A stretch of 64,000 bases of DNA from Promethearchaeota archaeon (GTDB taxonomy: Archaea; Asgardarchaeota; Lokiarchaeia; Sigyniarchaeales; SOKP01), in NCBI GenBank assembly GCA_030599585.1, contig JAUVNS010000006.1, positions 224,001 to 288,000 on the forward strand. Reading direction: 5' to 3'. The position numbers were made by a program, and so were the translations under genes. The notes under the pieces are model-generated. The model had not been told where the DNA came from. It made no database searches and was given only the letters and a program-made list of their open reading frames with translations. Below are positions 10,408-20,597 of this stretch, one piece after another. Numbering within the stretch: position 1 is the first letter of the stretch; each line of letters opens with the position of its first letter.

Positions 10408-12237
10408 ATGTCAATCCAATTAATTAACGTTAAACCACTTTGGAATCGTCGTTTTAAAAGAGCAGTCTATTCTTGCATAATAGCAAATTTAATAGGAGAT
10501 CCTGAGCCTGAAGTAATAGGATGCTCGTTTAGTGCTGAAATGAAGGCGTTTGATTTAACCGGTAAGGAGGTATTCCTCACCGAATTCTCTTCGAACATAA
10601 CATGTTTCGACATCTCTTCGGTTAGTAAAGAGAAAACCATAGAATTAATATCAGGTTCGTTAGATGGAACAGTATATGTAATGGATATAAAAGGAAATCC
10701 CATTTGGGAAGCGGATTTAAAATCCCCTATTCTGTGTATGGAAACAGGTGATATTATAGCGGATTCTAGGAGTGAGGTTATAGTTGGGCTCGAAAATCAA
10801 CGATTAATTGGATTAGATAATGAAGGGAAGGAATTCCTTAAATATGTGGCAAAAGAAACAATACTAGATTGCACTATCGGTTACCTCTCAGATGATTTTT
10901 TAGGGAAAATTTTCGTACTGCTTAAATCGGGAAAGCTTGTTAATGTCGATAACAAAGGTAATTCAGTAGTTGTTTCACAACTTCAAAATAGCCCGACAAG
11001 CATCGATTTTTGTGAATTTTACGGACAACCTACTTTAATCATAGGTGATAGGGCTGGATCAATAAAAATCATTAATTCTGACTTAGAAATCATTGGTGAA
11101 TACAGCTTAGAAGATAAAATTACAAGTATTGACAACATTATCATGCTTTCAGAATATAACAAAGATGTTTTCTTGGTTGTAGCATCAAAAAACACCATTA
11201 CTCTTTTAAGTTTAAGGAAAGGAAATATAATAGAATCCAACAAGAAACTGGTTAAAATTGATGCACAAACACAACCGCCTTCTGTTGTCGAAACAGAACC
11301 TGTAACTGAACCAATAACTGAACAACCAACAAAAAAACAACCTGATCCAGATGTATCCTCTATAACTACCCCCATTGCATCAGATGAGGTGCCCCAAACC
11401 GTCCGTGTGCTTCGAGGAGGCCAAATTGAAGGAGGAGATTACATTTTTAAAGTCAAAGTAATTAACAATAAAATCTATAACATAACTGATGTTGATATTC
11501 ATATACTTTCCTACCCTGAAGAGAGTTTGGTTTTATCGCGCGTCGATGGACACCAAAAAAGTTCTACAGATAGAGCAAAATTCCATAAGATTTCTAAGGG
11601 GGGAGGTTTTGTTAGCCCATCTTTTGTTTTTAAACCAAAAAAGGACTGCTTAAAAGGAAAAATTCACGCAGTCATAAATTTCATTGACGAAGAAGATCGA
11701 ATCAAGACAATAAACGTTGAACCTCACGACATCCGAATTATTTGTGGATTACTGAGACCAAAAAAGGTAACTAGTGAAGAGTTTGACGAGCTTACCAGCG
11801 ATCTTCTTACTTTCAAAAAAGTTGGTCAAGACCTTACAATCTACTACAAACCCGAGCAACTTTACCAGAAATTATTTGTTTTATTAAAAAATAAAAACTT
11901 TGCAATTATTGATTCCGAACAACAAGATTCAAGTGGGGAATTCTTAGGAGTTATAAAAGGTTTTGCAGAAGGAACTTTTAAAAAAAATGCTGTAGGATTG
12001 AAATTATCCATAACAGGGACTACGGGTGAACAATTTTCGACATTAAAAGTAGAAGTTTTTGCAGAAGATAAAGATATGACTCCCTCTATCATCAATGAGT
12101 TTGAAAATGCCGTAAATCCTCAATCTTGTCCAGAATGTGAAGGAAATATACCCATTGATCTTATTAAGCAAATGATGACAGGTTCTATTGCATATTGTGA
12201 AGCTTGTGGCTCACAACTACACGAACTAAGTGAATAA
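10408..12237 (+). CDS. Beta-propeller + Pro/Thr linker + adaptin-appendage-like (Ig + platform) + Zn-ribbon protein
   Basis: Repeated blades (ELISGSLDGTVYVMD.KG, EVIVGLENQRLIGLDNEG, LIIGDRAGSIKII); TEPVTEP linker; FKVKVINN..NITDV Ig sandwich; LRPKKVTSEEF; C-terminal CPEC...CEAC. Confidence 0.6.
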   Translation: MSIQLINVKPLWNRRFKRAVYSCIIANLIGDPEPEVIGCSFSAEMKAFDLTGKEVFLTEFSSNITCFDISSVSKEKTIELISGSLDGTVYVMDIKGNPIWEADLKSPILCMETGDIIADSRSEVIVGLENQRLIGLDNEGKEFLKYVAKETILDCTIGYLSDDFLGKIFVLLKSGKLVNVDNKGNSVVVSQLQNSPTSIDFCEFYGQPTLIIGDRAGSIKIINSDLEIIGEYSLEDKITSIDNIIMLSEYNKDVFLVVASKNTITLLSLRKGNIIESNKKLVKIDAQTQPPSVVETEPVTEPITEQPTKKQPDPDVSSITTPIASDEVPQTVRVLRGGQIEGGDYIFKVKVINNKIYNITDVDIHILSYPEESLVLSRVDGHQKSSTDRAKFHKISKGGGFVSPSFVFKPKKDCLKGKIHAVINFIDEEDRIKTINVEPHDIRIICGLLRPKKVTSEEFDELTSDLLTFKKVGQDLTIYYKPEQLYQKLFVLLKNKNFAIIDSEQQDSSGEFLGVIKGFAEGTFKKNAVGLKLSITGTTGEQFSTLKVEVFAEDKDMTPSIINEFENAVNPQSCPECEGNIPIDLIKQMMTGSIAYCEACGSQLHELSE

Positions 12238-12276
12238 TAAAAAAAATTAATTGAAAGAATTCTTTGTTTTTGGTTT

Positions 12277-13131
12277 TTAAAGGTTAGTCATCTCTAAACT
12301 GATTTCCCACAATCGTTTAGCATATTCTTCGTTATATGATTCTTTAGAAGAAGGTTTTGTTTTCTTTTTAGTGAAATATTTTCCTGTAATTCCCTCTACT
12401 TCTGGTGAAGTGGCTAAGAAAATTGAAGTTTCAGCACCAATTTCAGGGCTTTTAAAGAATTTTTTTGCGAAACCCTTACTGGTTGATGACCGATCTCGAC
12501 CCAAATTAGTATTAATAAGCCCGGGGTGGACAACATTTACGGTTACATTAGAACCTTCTAATTTTCTGCTGAGCTCATAAGATACAAGAGTCATTGCTAA
12601 TTTTGAACTTCCGTACAACCCCATAAACCGTCCTTTCTTGTTTTCTCTTTGTAAATCCTCAAAATCTATCTTCCCCATTCTATGTGCCGCTGAACCTACA
12701 TTAATGATGCGACTTGGTGCTGATTTTTTTAATACACCAAGTAGTAAATTAGTCAGTAAAAAAGGTGCAAGGTGGTTAACGGCAAAATTCATCTCAAAAC
12801 CATCTACAGAATAAACTTTTTTTGATAACATAACTCCAGCGTTATTTATCAGAACATGAAGTTTATCATATTTGCTCCTGAATTCATTTACAAAATTGCG
12901 AATTTCTTTTTGGGAGGATAAATCACACAAAAATAAATCTATATTCTCGTTGCCAGTGATTTCGATTATCTCATTTTGTGCTGATTCACCGCGTTCTTTA
13001 TTGCGACATAACATTACTATTGTGGCGTTCATCTTTGCTAACTCAATAGCGGTAGCTTTGCCAATGCCGGAGTTCGCACCGGTTATTATACATATTTTAT
13101 TTTGCATACTCTTGATTGAAATTAAATACAT
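12277..13131 (-). CDS. Short-chain dehydrogenase/reductase (retinol dehydrogenase-like)
   Basis: TGANSGIG, NNAG, YGSSK catalytic motif, HPG. Confidence 0.95.
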   Translation of the reverse strand: MYLISIKSMQNKICIITGANSGIGKATAIELAKMNATIVMLCRNKERGESAQNEIIEITGNENIDLFLCDLSSQKEIRNFVNEFRSKYDKLHVLINNAGVMLSKKVYSVDGFEMNFAVNHLAPFLLTNLLLGVLKKSAPSRIINVGSAAHRMGKIDFEDLQRENKKGRFMGLYGSSKLAMTLVSYELSRKLEGSNVTVNVVHPGLINTNLGRDRSSTSKGFAKKFFKSPEIGAETSIFLATSPEVEGITGKYFTKKKTKPSSKESYNEEYAKRLWEISLEMTNL

Positions 13132-13242
13132 TTCAATTTTCTTATTATTTCTTATATAGTAAAAATAAAGTTTAGAAATCCTTAAAATTCATATGGTTAT
13201 GTAATATTCCCCATTTAAGTGTATAATTTAAGGTAAAAAATC

Positions 13243-14646
13243 ATGAACATAATAGAAGAACCTTCAAGAAAAACACCTATTATGGCTGAAACCGATGTTA
13301 TAATCGTTGGAGGAGGTCCAGCTGGGCTTTCAGCTTCTATCGCTGCTGCGAGAGAAGGAGCAAACACGATACTTGTTGAACGCTACGGCTGTTTTGGAGG
13401 AGTTATAACACAAACGATGGTTGGAACTATTGCTTGGTATCGATACGCAAAAACTGTTGATGCAGGTGGAATTGGGTTAGAATTCGAAACATTAGCGAAA
13501 GACACGAATGGAAGCATTAATGTATTCGGAAACATAAAGAATAAAGAAATGATTAAAACCATAGAACAGGAGGGGTTGATGGTTAATGGAGTTCCAACAT
13601 ATGAAATCTTAGATACTGAAATGTTTAAATATATAGCAGACAAGCTCGTACAAGATGCAAACATAACACCTATACTCCATTGCTCTGCTGTTGATGCGAT
13701 AATGGAAGATCAAACAATTAAAGGAATTATCACGGAAAGTAAATCGGGGAGACAAGCGATTTTAGCAAAGCGAGTAATAGATGCCACGGGAGATGCCGAT
13801 ATTGCGTATCATTCAGGAGTGCCTTTTCGTAAAAGCCCAAAGAACGAATTAATGGAAGTAACGGTTAATTATGGTTGTAGTGGAATAAATATTGGCAAAT
13901 TTCTTATGTATGTATATTTAAATCCTGGTAGTATAGGAGACTGGGGTGATACTTCTGGAAAGGAAGACAGTTCTTTTAGCACATATTTGGTAGAACCATT
14001 TAACAAGGCCAAAGAAGCTGGTGAGATACCAAAAGATGTTGATATAGAAAGTTTTTGGACCAATTATACAGATGCGGGAGAAATTACATCTTTCAATGGG
14101 ATTCACATGACAGATATAGACCCTACAGATGTATGGGACCTCACGAAAGCAGAAATAGAAGGTAGAAAGCGAGTTATGTGGGCAGTTGAAGCATTAAAGA
14201 AGTATACTCCCGGTTTTAAAAAAGCAAGACTAAGAACGATCGGAGCATCTTTGGGTACCAGAGAATCGAGAAAAATTATAGGTGAATATGAGATCACCGA
14301 AAACGATGTAAGAAATGAGGGGCGTTTCGATGATTCCATTGGGATATGCCCTGAGTTCATAGACGGTTATGGCATAGCGATCATGCCTACATCAGGCCGA
14401 TATTTTCAAGTTCCATATGGGATTATCGTTCCTCAGAAGGTAGAAAACCTACTCGTAGTTGGTCGTTGTGTGGCAGGTGATAAAATATCTCACGCAGCTA
14501 CCCGACAGATGTGTTGTTGTACAGTTACCGGTCAAGGAGCAGGAGTTGCTGCCGCTATTTCGTACAAAGACAATGTATCTTGTCGAGACGTTAGTATTTC
14601 TAAGGTTCAAACAAGTCTTAAGAAACAAGGAGTTAGAATTGAATAA
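13243..14646 (+). CDS. FAD-dependent oxidoreductase
   Basis: GGGPAG dinucleotide-binding motif, IDATGDAD, RESR, NLLVVGRC. Confidence 0.9.
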   Translation: MNIIEEPSRKTPIMAETDVIIVGGGPAGLSASIAAAREGANTILVERYGCFGGVITQTMVGTIAWYRYAKTVDAGGIGLEFETLAKDTNGSINVFGNIKNKEMIKTIEQEGLMVNGVPTYEILDTEMFKYIADKLVQDANITPILHCSAVDAIMEDQTIKGIITESKSGRQAILAKRVIDATGDADIAYHSGVPFRKSPKNELMEVTVNYGCSGINIGKFLMYVYLNPGSIGDWGDTSGKEDSSFSTYLVEPFNKAKEAGEIPKDVDIESFWTNYTDAGEITSFNGIHMTDIDPTDVWDLTKAEIEGRKRVMWAVEALKKYTPGFKKARLRTIGASLGTRESRKIIGEYEITENDVRNEGRFDDSIGICPEFIDGYGIAIMPTSGRYFQVPYGIIVPQKVENLLVVGRCVAGDKISHAATRQMCCCTVTGQGAGVAAAISYKDNVSCRDVSISKVQTSLKKQGVRIE

Positions 14647-14767
14647 GTTTTTATTTTAATTTCTATAGATTTAGATTTCACGATATTCTCTTAGAGCAAA
14701 CTAAAACTATTTAAAATCATATTTTTATACAATGAATATCTTAATATAATTATCTTATTTTACATAA

Positions 14768-15637
14768 TTGTCAAAGAAGTTGACGATCTATAATTTTTCG
14801 GTTATTACGAGTGATGGTTTTCCTTATTATACCTTGGATGTGAAGGAAGCTCCAAACAACACAAAATTAAATTTGCGATTTTTTGATTTTTCGAAAGAAG
14901 AACTAAATCATCAATCTGATTTTGAAGTATCTAATTCTTTTGAATTAAATGCCGGATTAGTTTCAGCATTATTTAAATTCGCACGAGCGATGTCTAAGAA
15001 CATTCATATACTTGAATTTAATTCTGACGAATCACTATACTTTGAAAAAGATAAAACTCAATTTTTAGGAGATGTTTTAATCACATGTCAAACAGAGTCG
15101 TATCTATTTCATAAATCAGTTTACGCAAAAATTAAGTTGATTTACGATTCGCTCATTACGTATAAAATTCCTTTAGAATCTGCTATCGAGATATTACCCG
15201 TTCAAGAGGAAAAAATCTACAATATTTTAACCGATTTTGAAGCAAAAGCCCGGGTTAGTGAACATAAGACTCAATTAAAACGATTAGGAAACGATTTTCT
15301 AAAAGAGATGAAAAATTACGGCTTAAGGGATGTTTGTATTACGTCGTTCGATCTTTCTCCCATAATGATTCTCGGAAAAAAATACACCTCTGACGATATC
15401 CACGAAATTTTAAGAAATATTGGAAACGTTCCAGAAATTCCACCATTAAATTGGGTGTATCGCCAATCAACTCACGCTGGCGAGCAAATATGGGTTTACA
15501 TCTATAAATCGGATGTTGGACCAACTATTGAAGGCTTATTTGAACCCTATCTTTATTTACTTTTTTGCGATCTTAACTCCTACCTTGGAGAAATACCAGA
15601 AGTTCTTGGAAATAAAATTAATAGGATTTTAAGCTAG
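14768..15637 (+). CDS. Hypothetical protein with probable longin/roadblock-like domains
   Basis: FSVITSDGFPYY...LNAGLVSALFKFARAM resembles the longin-like motif in the 1929-aa protein. Confidence 0.5.
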   Translation: MSKKLTIYNFSVITSDGFPYYTLDVKEAPNNTKLNLRFFDFSKEELNHQSDFEVSNSFELNAGLVSALFKFARAMSKNIHILEFNSDESLYFEKDKTQFLGDVLITCQTESYLFHKSVYAKIKLIYDSLITYKIPLESAIEILPVQEEKIYNILTDFEAKARVSEHKTQLKRLGNDFLKEMKNYGLRDVCITSFDLSPIMILGKKYTSDDIHEILRNIGNVPEIPPLNWVYRQSTHAGEQIWVYIYKSDVGPTIEGLFEPYLYLLFCDLNSYLGEIPEVLGNKINRILS

Positions 15638-15705
15638 GCAACAATATCTATAAATGAAGCAAATAAAGAATTTAACCTACATTTTCTGATAGGTTCTTTA
15701 AAAAC

Positions 15706-15945
15706 TTAGAAGATATGACAGATTCCAATTTCTCCGTTATTTAAGTAGCTTTCAAAATTACCGTTTAGCTGTGACTTAAATTCCCTATCACTCTGAGCAA
15801 TGATTTTGCTAAAGGGAGTGTTTTGAATATTTCCTTGCTTATCGTAAATTAAGAATTGATACGAAAATGTAGGGATTGACTCGTATAAATGTGGTACCTT
15901 TATCATGGTGTGAATTCTGTATCCATTGATCTTGAGATCTTCCAT
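15706..15945 (-). CDS. Small hypothetical protein (paralog of 16355-16627)
   Basis: MEDLKINGYRIH..KVP.LYE..YQFLIY is shared with the neighbour. Confidence 0.75.
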   Translation of the reverse strand: MEDLKINGYRIHTMIKVPHLYESIPTFSYQFLIYDKQGNIQNTPFSKIIAQSDREFKSQLNGNFESYLNNGEIGICHIF

Positions 15946-16354
15946 ATTGTTAACCCTGTTATTAGAAAAATAAGTTTTTATTACAATTAATATCTATCAA
16001 AACCTAATTGTAATATTTAAATTGCTCTATTCAATTTTTGAAGTATTGAATTTTGATAGGATTAAAAGCATAAAAATCTCCTTTTCTATCGAATAAAAAC
16101 ATAAAAAAGTCGTAATAGAATTATACATCTGTTATGGTTACCGTAATTTATTATATAAGCACCACTTAAATTCTCAAAATTCATATTCCCTACATCAAAA
16201 TTTCTGAATTCCTTATAATCGTAGAATTAACAATGTTAAAGACTAATAATTCATTTCAGCTGCTTCGTACATCAAAAAGTAAATGTAAATTGCAATTTTT
16301 GAAAGATAGAAATCTAACTTTTACTGTTAATCCAATTTAACATTTATAGAGGAA

Positions 16355-16627
16355 TTAAGTCAAATTTTCTGATAAATTTTTTATCAATTTAGAAATAGGA
16401 TATGCTTCAATTACTCCGTAATTTAAGTAACTTTTAAAATTTTCTTTTAATTTAGATTTAAATTCAGCATCGGTTTTAGCATTGATTCTACTGAATGGGT
16501 AGTTCTGAATTTCACTATTTTTATTGTAAATTAAAAATTGGTATGAATATGTTAGGATTTTCTCGTATAATTGCGGTACCTTTATAGCGATATGAATTCT
16601 ATATCCTTTAATCTTGAAATCTTCCAT
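16355..16627 (-). CDS. Small hypothetical protein (paralog of 15706-15945)
   Basis: MEDFKIKGYRIH..KVP.LYE..YQFLIY. Confidence 0.75.
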   Translation of the reverse strand: MEDFKIKGYRIHIAIKVPQLYEKILTYSYQFLIYNKNSEIQNYPFSRINAKTDAEFKSKLKENFKSYLNYGVIEAYPISKLIKNLSENLT

Positions 16628-17119
16628 TTTTTTAACCCTGTTATTAATAAGATTATAAAATGATTATTAAGTATCAAAATCAAATTGCAATATTTAAATA
16701 GCTATATTCTCTTTTTGAGGTATTGAATTTTTTTAGGGTTAATTGCGATAACAATCCTTTTCTTATCATATAATAAAGTGAAGGGCAACTTAAGAACTAA
16801 ACAATTGCTATGGTAAACAGAATTAATTAACTAAATTCCCGTTTGTTTATCTACTTGCCTAAACATTACATAAAATTTTACGATCTCATTGTAGTCGTGG
16901 AATAGAGAATATTAAAGGTTAAAAATTCATATTTGTTGCCTCAATATTCAAAACTAAAATAATTATTGCTACTTTTGGAAGTTTGAGAGCTACAATTTGC
17001 TGTTAATCCAATTTATCAAGAAGTATACTTCAAAAATTAGATATAGCGATTTATATACCAGCTTCAAAATTATTAATATAGCATAATTTTAACACAATTT
17101 AACACAAGGTAGACTAAAA

Positions 17120-18250
17120 ATGAAAACAAAATACATTGTATTAGGACTTTTTGTTATAGGGATTCTATTTGTTAGTTCAAGTTTTGGATACGGTTTTGAT
17201 GATAATGATGATCCACCTGTAGGAGATGACGATAATGATGGTATTGACGACGAGTACGAGGATGAGAACAAAAGAAACATCGAAGTCTGGATAGGCGAAA
17301 ATGTAATAGAAATAGCTTCAATAAAAAGAACCGAAACGCAAAAAGATATCATCGATCTTAGAGTAGGATTTAATGATTACGGTATTTCCATTCGAGTTTC
17401 CTATGGGACATATATTATACATGCTCCAGAAGAACCAGAAGAACCACAAGAACCTGATAAACCTGATGAACCTGAGGAGCCTATAGAAGAAATAGTTGTT
17501 GCAAACGGAGAAAGTTATGAGGATACAATTGAATATAAAATAACATTCGAAGTATTGTTCCGTGGTCTTATTGAATATGTTGATGTTAACGACAATGGTG
17601 TTTTAGAAGAAGATATTGACGAAATCGTTTCAGATTATGGATTCAATTCATTTCAACCAATTAATTATAGCCTTGAAAGCATTTCAGAAGATAGCAACAA
17701 ACACTACATTTTGATCAACACTACTGACGGAATATTTGCGCTACACATTTTTCTCGTAGAGGAATTCGTGTATATCGATGAAAATCTGATCTCTCCTACT
17801 CAAGCAAAGATCGACATTGAAATTACAAACTATGACTACGTAGATAACAACTCAAAGTTAGCTTTATTTACGAAACTATGGTCTGAGGAGACTTATAATG
17901 AAAGAGAGGAAACTGAAGACGAAGAAGATGGATATGCAACTGACGAGAAAGAAGTATTCGTGGAAAACGATGTGTACTCAGGGTTTTTCAGTTGGAAAGA
18001 AACAGCGTTAGTTGATGGAGTTGAAATGGAGGTACTAGCAAGGAGAGTTACTCACGAGGAAGAAGAACTTCAAAGGTTATATCTATGTTATCCACGAGGT
18101 AACCATATATATCACGATCCTAAAATCGGTATTCTAATCGGATTACCTGTGGACGATTTTACACCAATAGTTATGACTGTGTCTATAATTTCAATAATTG
18201 GAGCAGCTACCATAGTGGGAATAGTACTTAGGAAAAAAAGAATCCTTTAA
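17120..18250 (+). CDS. Secreted, C-terminally membrane-anchored acidic protein
   Basis: Signal peptide; DDDNDGIDD and DVNDNG Ca-binding-like loops; PEE repeats; IYHDPKIG; C-terminal TM plus RKKR. Confidence 0.75.
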   Translation: MKTKYIVLGLFVIGILFVSSSFGYGFDDNDDPPVGDDDNDGIDDEYEDENKRNIEVWIGENVIEIASIKRTETQKDIIDLRVGFNDYGISIRVSYGTYIIHAPEEPEEPQEPDKPDEPEEPIEEIVVANGESYEDTIEYKITFEVLFRGLIEYVDVNDNGVLEEDIDEIVSDYGFNSFQPINYSLESISEDSNKHYILINTTDGIFALHIFLVEEFVYIDENLISPTQAKIDIEITNYDYVDNNSKLALFTKLWSEETYNEREETEDEEDGYATDEKEVFVENDVYSGFFSWKETALVDGVEMEVLARRVTHEEEELQRLYLCYPRGNHIYHDPKIGILIGLPVDDFTPIVMTVSIISIIGAATIVGIVLRKKRIL

Positions 18251-18405
18251 TAAACAAATTAAAAAAAATTTATTATTTTTTTTATCAAATTAAATACACA
18301 AAAAAAGGAAGATAAAACTACTAAAAATTATTAAAGCCAAATATATGTAATGTTTAGTGAAGAGATTTTATTAAATAAAACTTAAAGGAACATTTCTTAA
18401 CGAAA

Positions 18406-19752
18406 ATGAAAAAACGAGCTCTATGGGTTGGATGTTTTCTTTTCACAATATTGCTGTTTAACTTTAGCATCGGTTTTGCAGCTGCTTTAACAAACGATAA
18501 TTCATTTGTTATTAGCAGCGATGACGTTGATAATGATGCTATAGACGACAACTTCGAAGATCTTAATAAAAGAAAAATCGAAGTAGATATTTCAGAAAAC
18601 GAGGCGACAATCCAATCAATCAGACAAGGGACTGAAACGAAAGATCTGATAAGAACAGATATTGTGTATAGCGAATATGGTGTCGAGATTCAAATTGGAT
18701 ACAAATCGAGCATAGAAGCGGATTTTGAAATAACTTTTGGAATAACATTTCGCGAGTTAATTGAGTTTATTGATAATGACTTTAACGGATTGTACGATCC
18801 AGAAGTTGATCAAAGTATCCAAAATTACACTCTGAATGACTTCTTACCAATTTATTACGAAAAGGTAGTTATCCAGGATGAGAGCTTCCTGCATCATCTT
18901 AGAATTCAGACTGTGAGTAGCAACTTTACTTTAAACGTATATTTTGCAGAAGAATTTACTATAGTTGAAAACTCGTTAATAAGTCCTACCCAAGCAAAAA
19001 TCGACATTGAAATAGAAAATTTTAATTATTTAAACGATAGTTCTCAAATTGCATTATATACTAGCTTGGATTCTGAGGCGGATTTTCAAAGACACAATGA
19101 TACTGAAGATGAGGAAAAAGGTTATGCGAAAGCTGAACTTGGAATAGCAACGGTCGTGAATGAATACACAGGATTCTATTCTTGGAACGAAAGCGGAATT
19201 GTTGACGAGGCTTCACAAAACATTCTCGTAAGTGGTATCTTACCTGATGATATTATTGAGAACGGTAATAAGGTGTATCTCAATTACCCTCGCGGAGTAA
19301 TCATATATCATTCTTCTAAAATCGGCATTGAAGGTTTATTGATAACCGAAGAATTCCCTCTGTTAGGCCTCGCTTTATTGTTAATTGCAATAGGTGCTGT
19401 AAGTTCGATAGTAGCATATTCAGTATATCATCGAGAGAAAAGTAAGCCTAAAGGCAAGGCCGAGAGAAGAGATCGAGAGAAAAGTGGTATGTTGAAAACT
19501 CAAAGACAAGAATTTGTCAAGTTATTTGATAGTAAACTAGCCCTTCAAATACTTGAAGAAGAGGACGCTATTAGAAATCTTTACGATAAGGGGGATATCG
19601 AGATAACAGCAATTTCAAATGATTTTTACGAAACTGTCGATAATTTCGGTTTTAAGGGGAATGAAAAAAGCGAATTTATTAAAGAAATGCTCAACTTGCG
19701 CCCATTTGAGAGAGAAGTAATCCTTAGAGAAATGTTGATAAAATCTCAATAA
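18406..19752 (+). CDS. Paralogous secreted acidic protein with TM and ~105-aa cytoplasmic tail
   Basis: Shares LIE(Y/F).D, FxEEF, SPTQAKIDIEI.N, TEDEE.GYA and YPRG..IYH..KIG with the upstream gene. Confidence 0.75.
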   Translation: MKKRALWVGCFLFTILLFNFSIGFAAALTNDNSFVISSDDVDNDAIDDNFEDLNKRKIEVDISENEATIQSIRQGTETKDLIRTDIVYSEYGVEIQIGYKSSIEADFEITFGITFRELIEFIDNDFNGLYDPEVDQSIQNYTLNDFLPIYYEKVVIQDESFLHHLRIQTVSSNFTLNVYFAEEFTIVENSLISPTQAKIDIEIENFNYLNDSSQIALYTSLDSEADFQRHNDTEDEEKGYAKAELGIATVVNEYTGFYSWNESGIVDEASQNILVSGILPDDIIENGNKVYLNYPRGVIIYHSSKIGIEGLLITEEFPLLGLALLLIAIGAVSSIVAYSVYHREKSKPKGKAERRDREKSGMLKTQRQEFVKLFDSKLALQILEEEDAIRNLYDKGDIEITAISNDFYETVDNFGFKGNEKSEFIKEMLNLRPFEREVILREMLIKSQ

Positions 19753-19760
19753 GTAAGGAA

Positions 19761-20450
19761 ATGAATATTCTTAAAATAATGCCGGTTGAAACAACTGAAT
19801 ACGAAACTCTTATTTTAACTTTAGTTCAGGATTATCTCAACCAAAATAAATATTTTAACATGAGGAAGGTAGTTTCTTTTATTAATGCTAAATTGAGGTC
19901 TTATTCAGTTGATCTTAATTACCGAGCGATTGAAGAAATTCTAAGATCTTTAACAAAAAAGAAATTGATTGATGAAGGCACTAGATTTACGAAATTAGAT
20001 GTCTTGAATAACAAGAATAGGAAACAAATATACGATTTCATCTTAAAAAATCCGGGTGTATACTTTAATACAATCGTTCGGGACTTAAAAATTAACAAAC
20101 CAGTCATTGTATGGCACATTAATATGTTAGCTAGGTTTGATTTCATTAAAAGAGAAGAATTTGAGAACCATGAAATCTATTTTGACTCGCGTTTAAGTGG
20201 AATGAATAGAAAATTTAGATATTTCACATCAAAAGAAGAGAGTAAAAAAATTCTTGAATATTTGAAAAAAAATGATTATGGCATAACTAAAACCCATCTT
20301 TCAATAAATTTAGGCATGCACCATAATACTATTACTAAATACCTTACTAAATTTGAGGAATTTAACATAATTTTAAAGAAGAAGATAGCTAAAAGAACAT
20401 TGTATTTCTTGAATGAGGATTTAACAGAGGCTTTAAATCTCAACACTTAA
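19761..20450 (+). CDS. Multi-wHTH transcriptional regulator (archaeal ArsR/MarR-like)
   Basis: RKQIYDFILKNPGVYFNTIVRDL...WHINML, plus a second wHTH (ITKTHLSINLGMHHNTITKYL). Confidence 0.85.
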   Translation: MNILKIMPVETTEYETLILTLVQDYLNQNKYFNMRKVVSFINAKLRSYSVDLNYRAIEEILRSLTKKKLIDEGTRFTKLDVLNNKNRKQIYDFILKNPGVYFNTIVRDLKINKPVIVWHINMLARFDFIKREEFENHEIYFDSRLSGMNRKFRYFTSKEESKKILEYLKKNDYGITKTHLSINLGMHHNTITKYLTKFEEFNIILKKKIAKRTLYFLNEDLTEALNLNT

Positions 20451-20494
20451 CAAGAAACAATTTTTCAGTTTTAGCTTGAATACTCTATTCTCAT

Positions 20495-20569
20495 TTTTAC
20501 ATTAATGTAAAATATTAAATAAAATGTGTGAATATTGAATCACACTGTATAGGTTAATGATCTATACAG
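20495..20569. promoter_or_regulatory. Cluster of three palindromes upstream of 20598
   Basis: TTTTACATTAATGTAAAA (20495-20512); GTGTGA-N8-TCACAC (20526-20545); CTGTATAG-N9-CTATACAG (20545-20569). Confidence 0.5.
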
Positions 20570-20597
20570 ATGCAAATCCAAAACAAATAATTTGTAG

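Larger units (their letters stand above)
15706..17015. repeat. Diverged tandem duplication, unit about 670 bp (small gene plus about 400 bp upstream)
   Basis: Shared blocks in both copies: TTAACCCTGTTATTA, AATATTTAAAT.GCT.TATTC, GTATTGAATTTT, CTGTTAATCCAATTTA. Confidence 0.8.
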
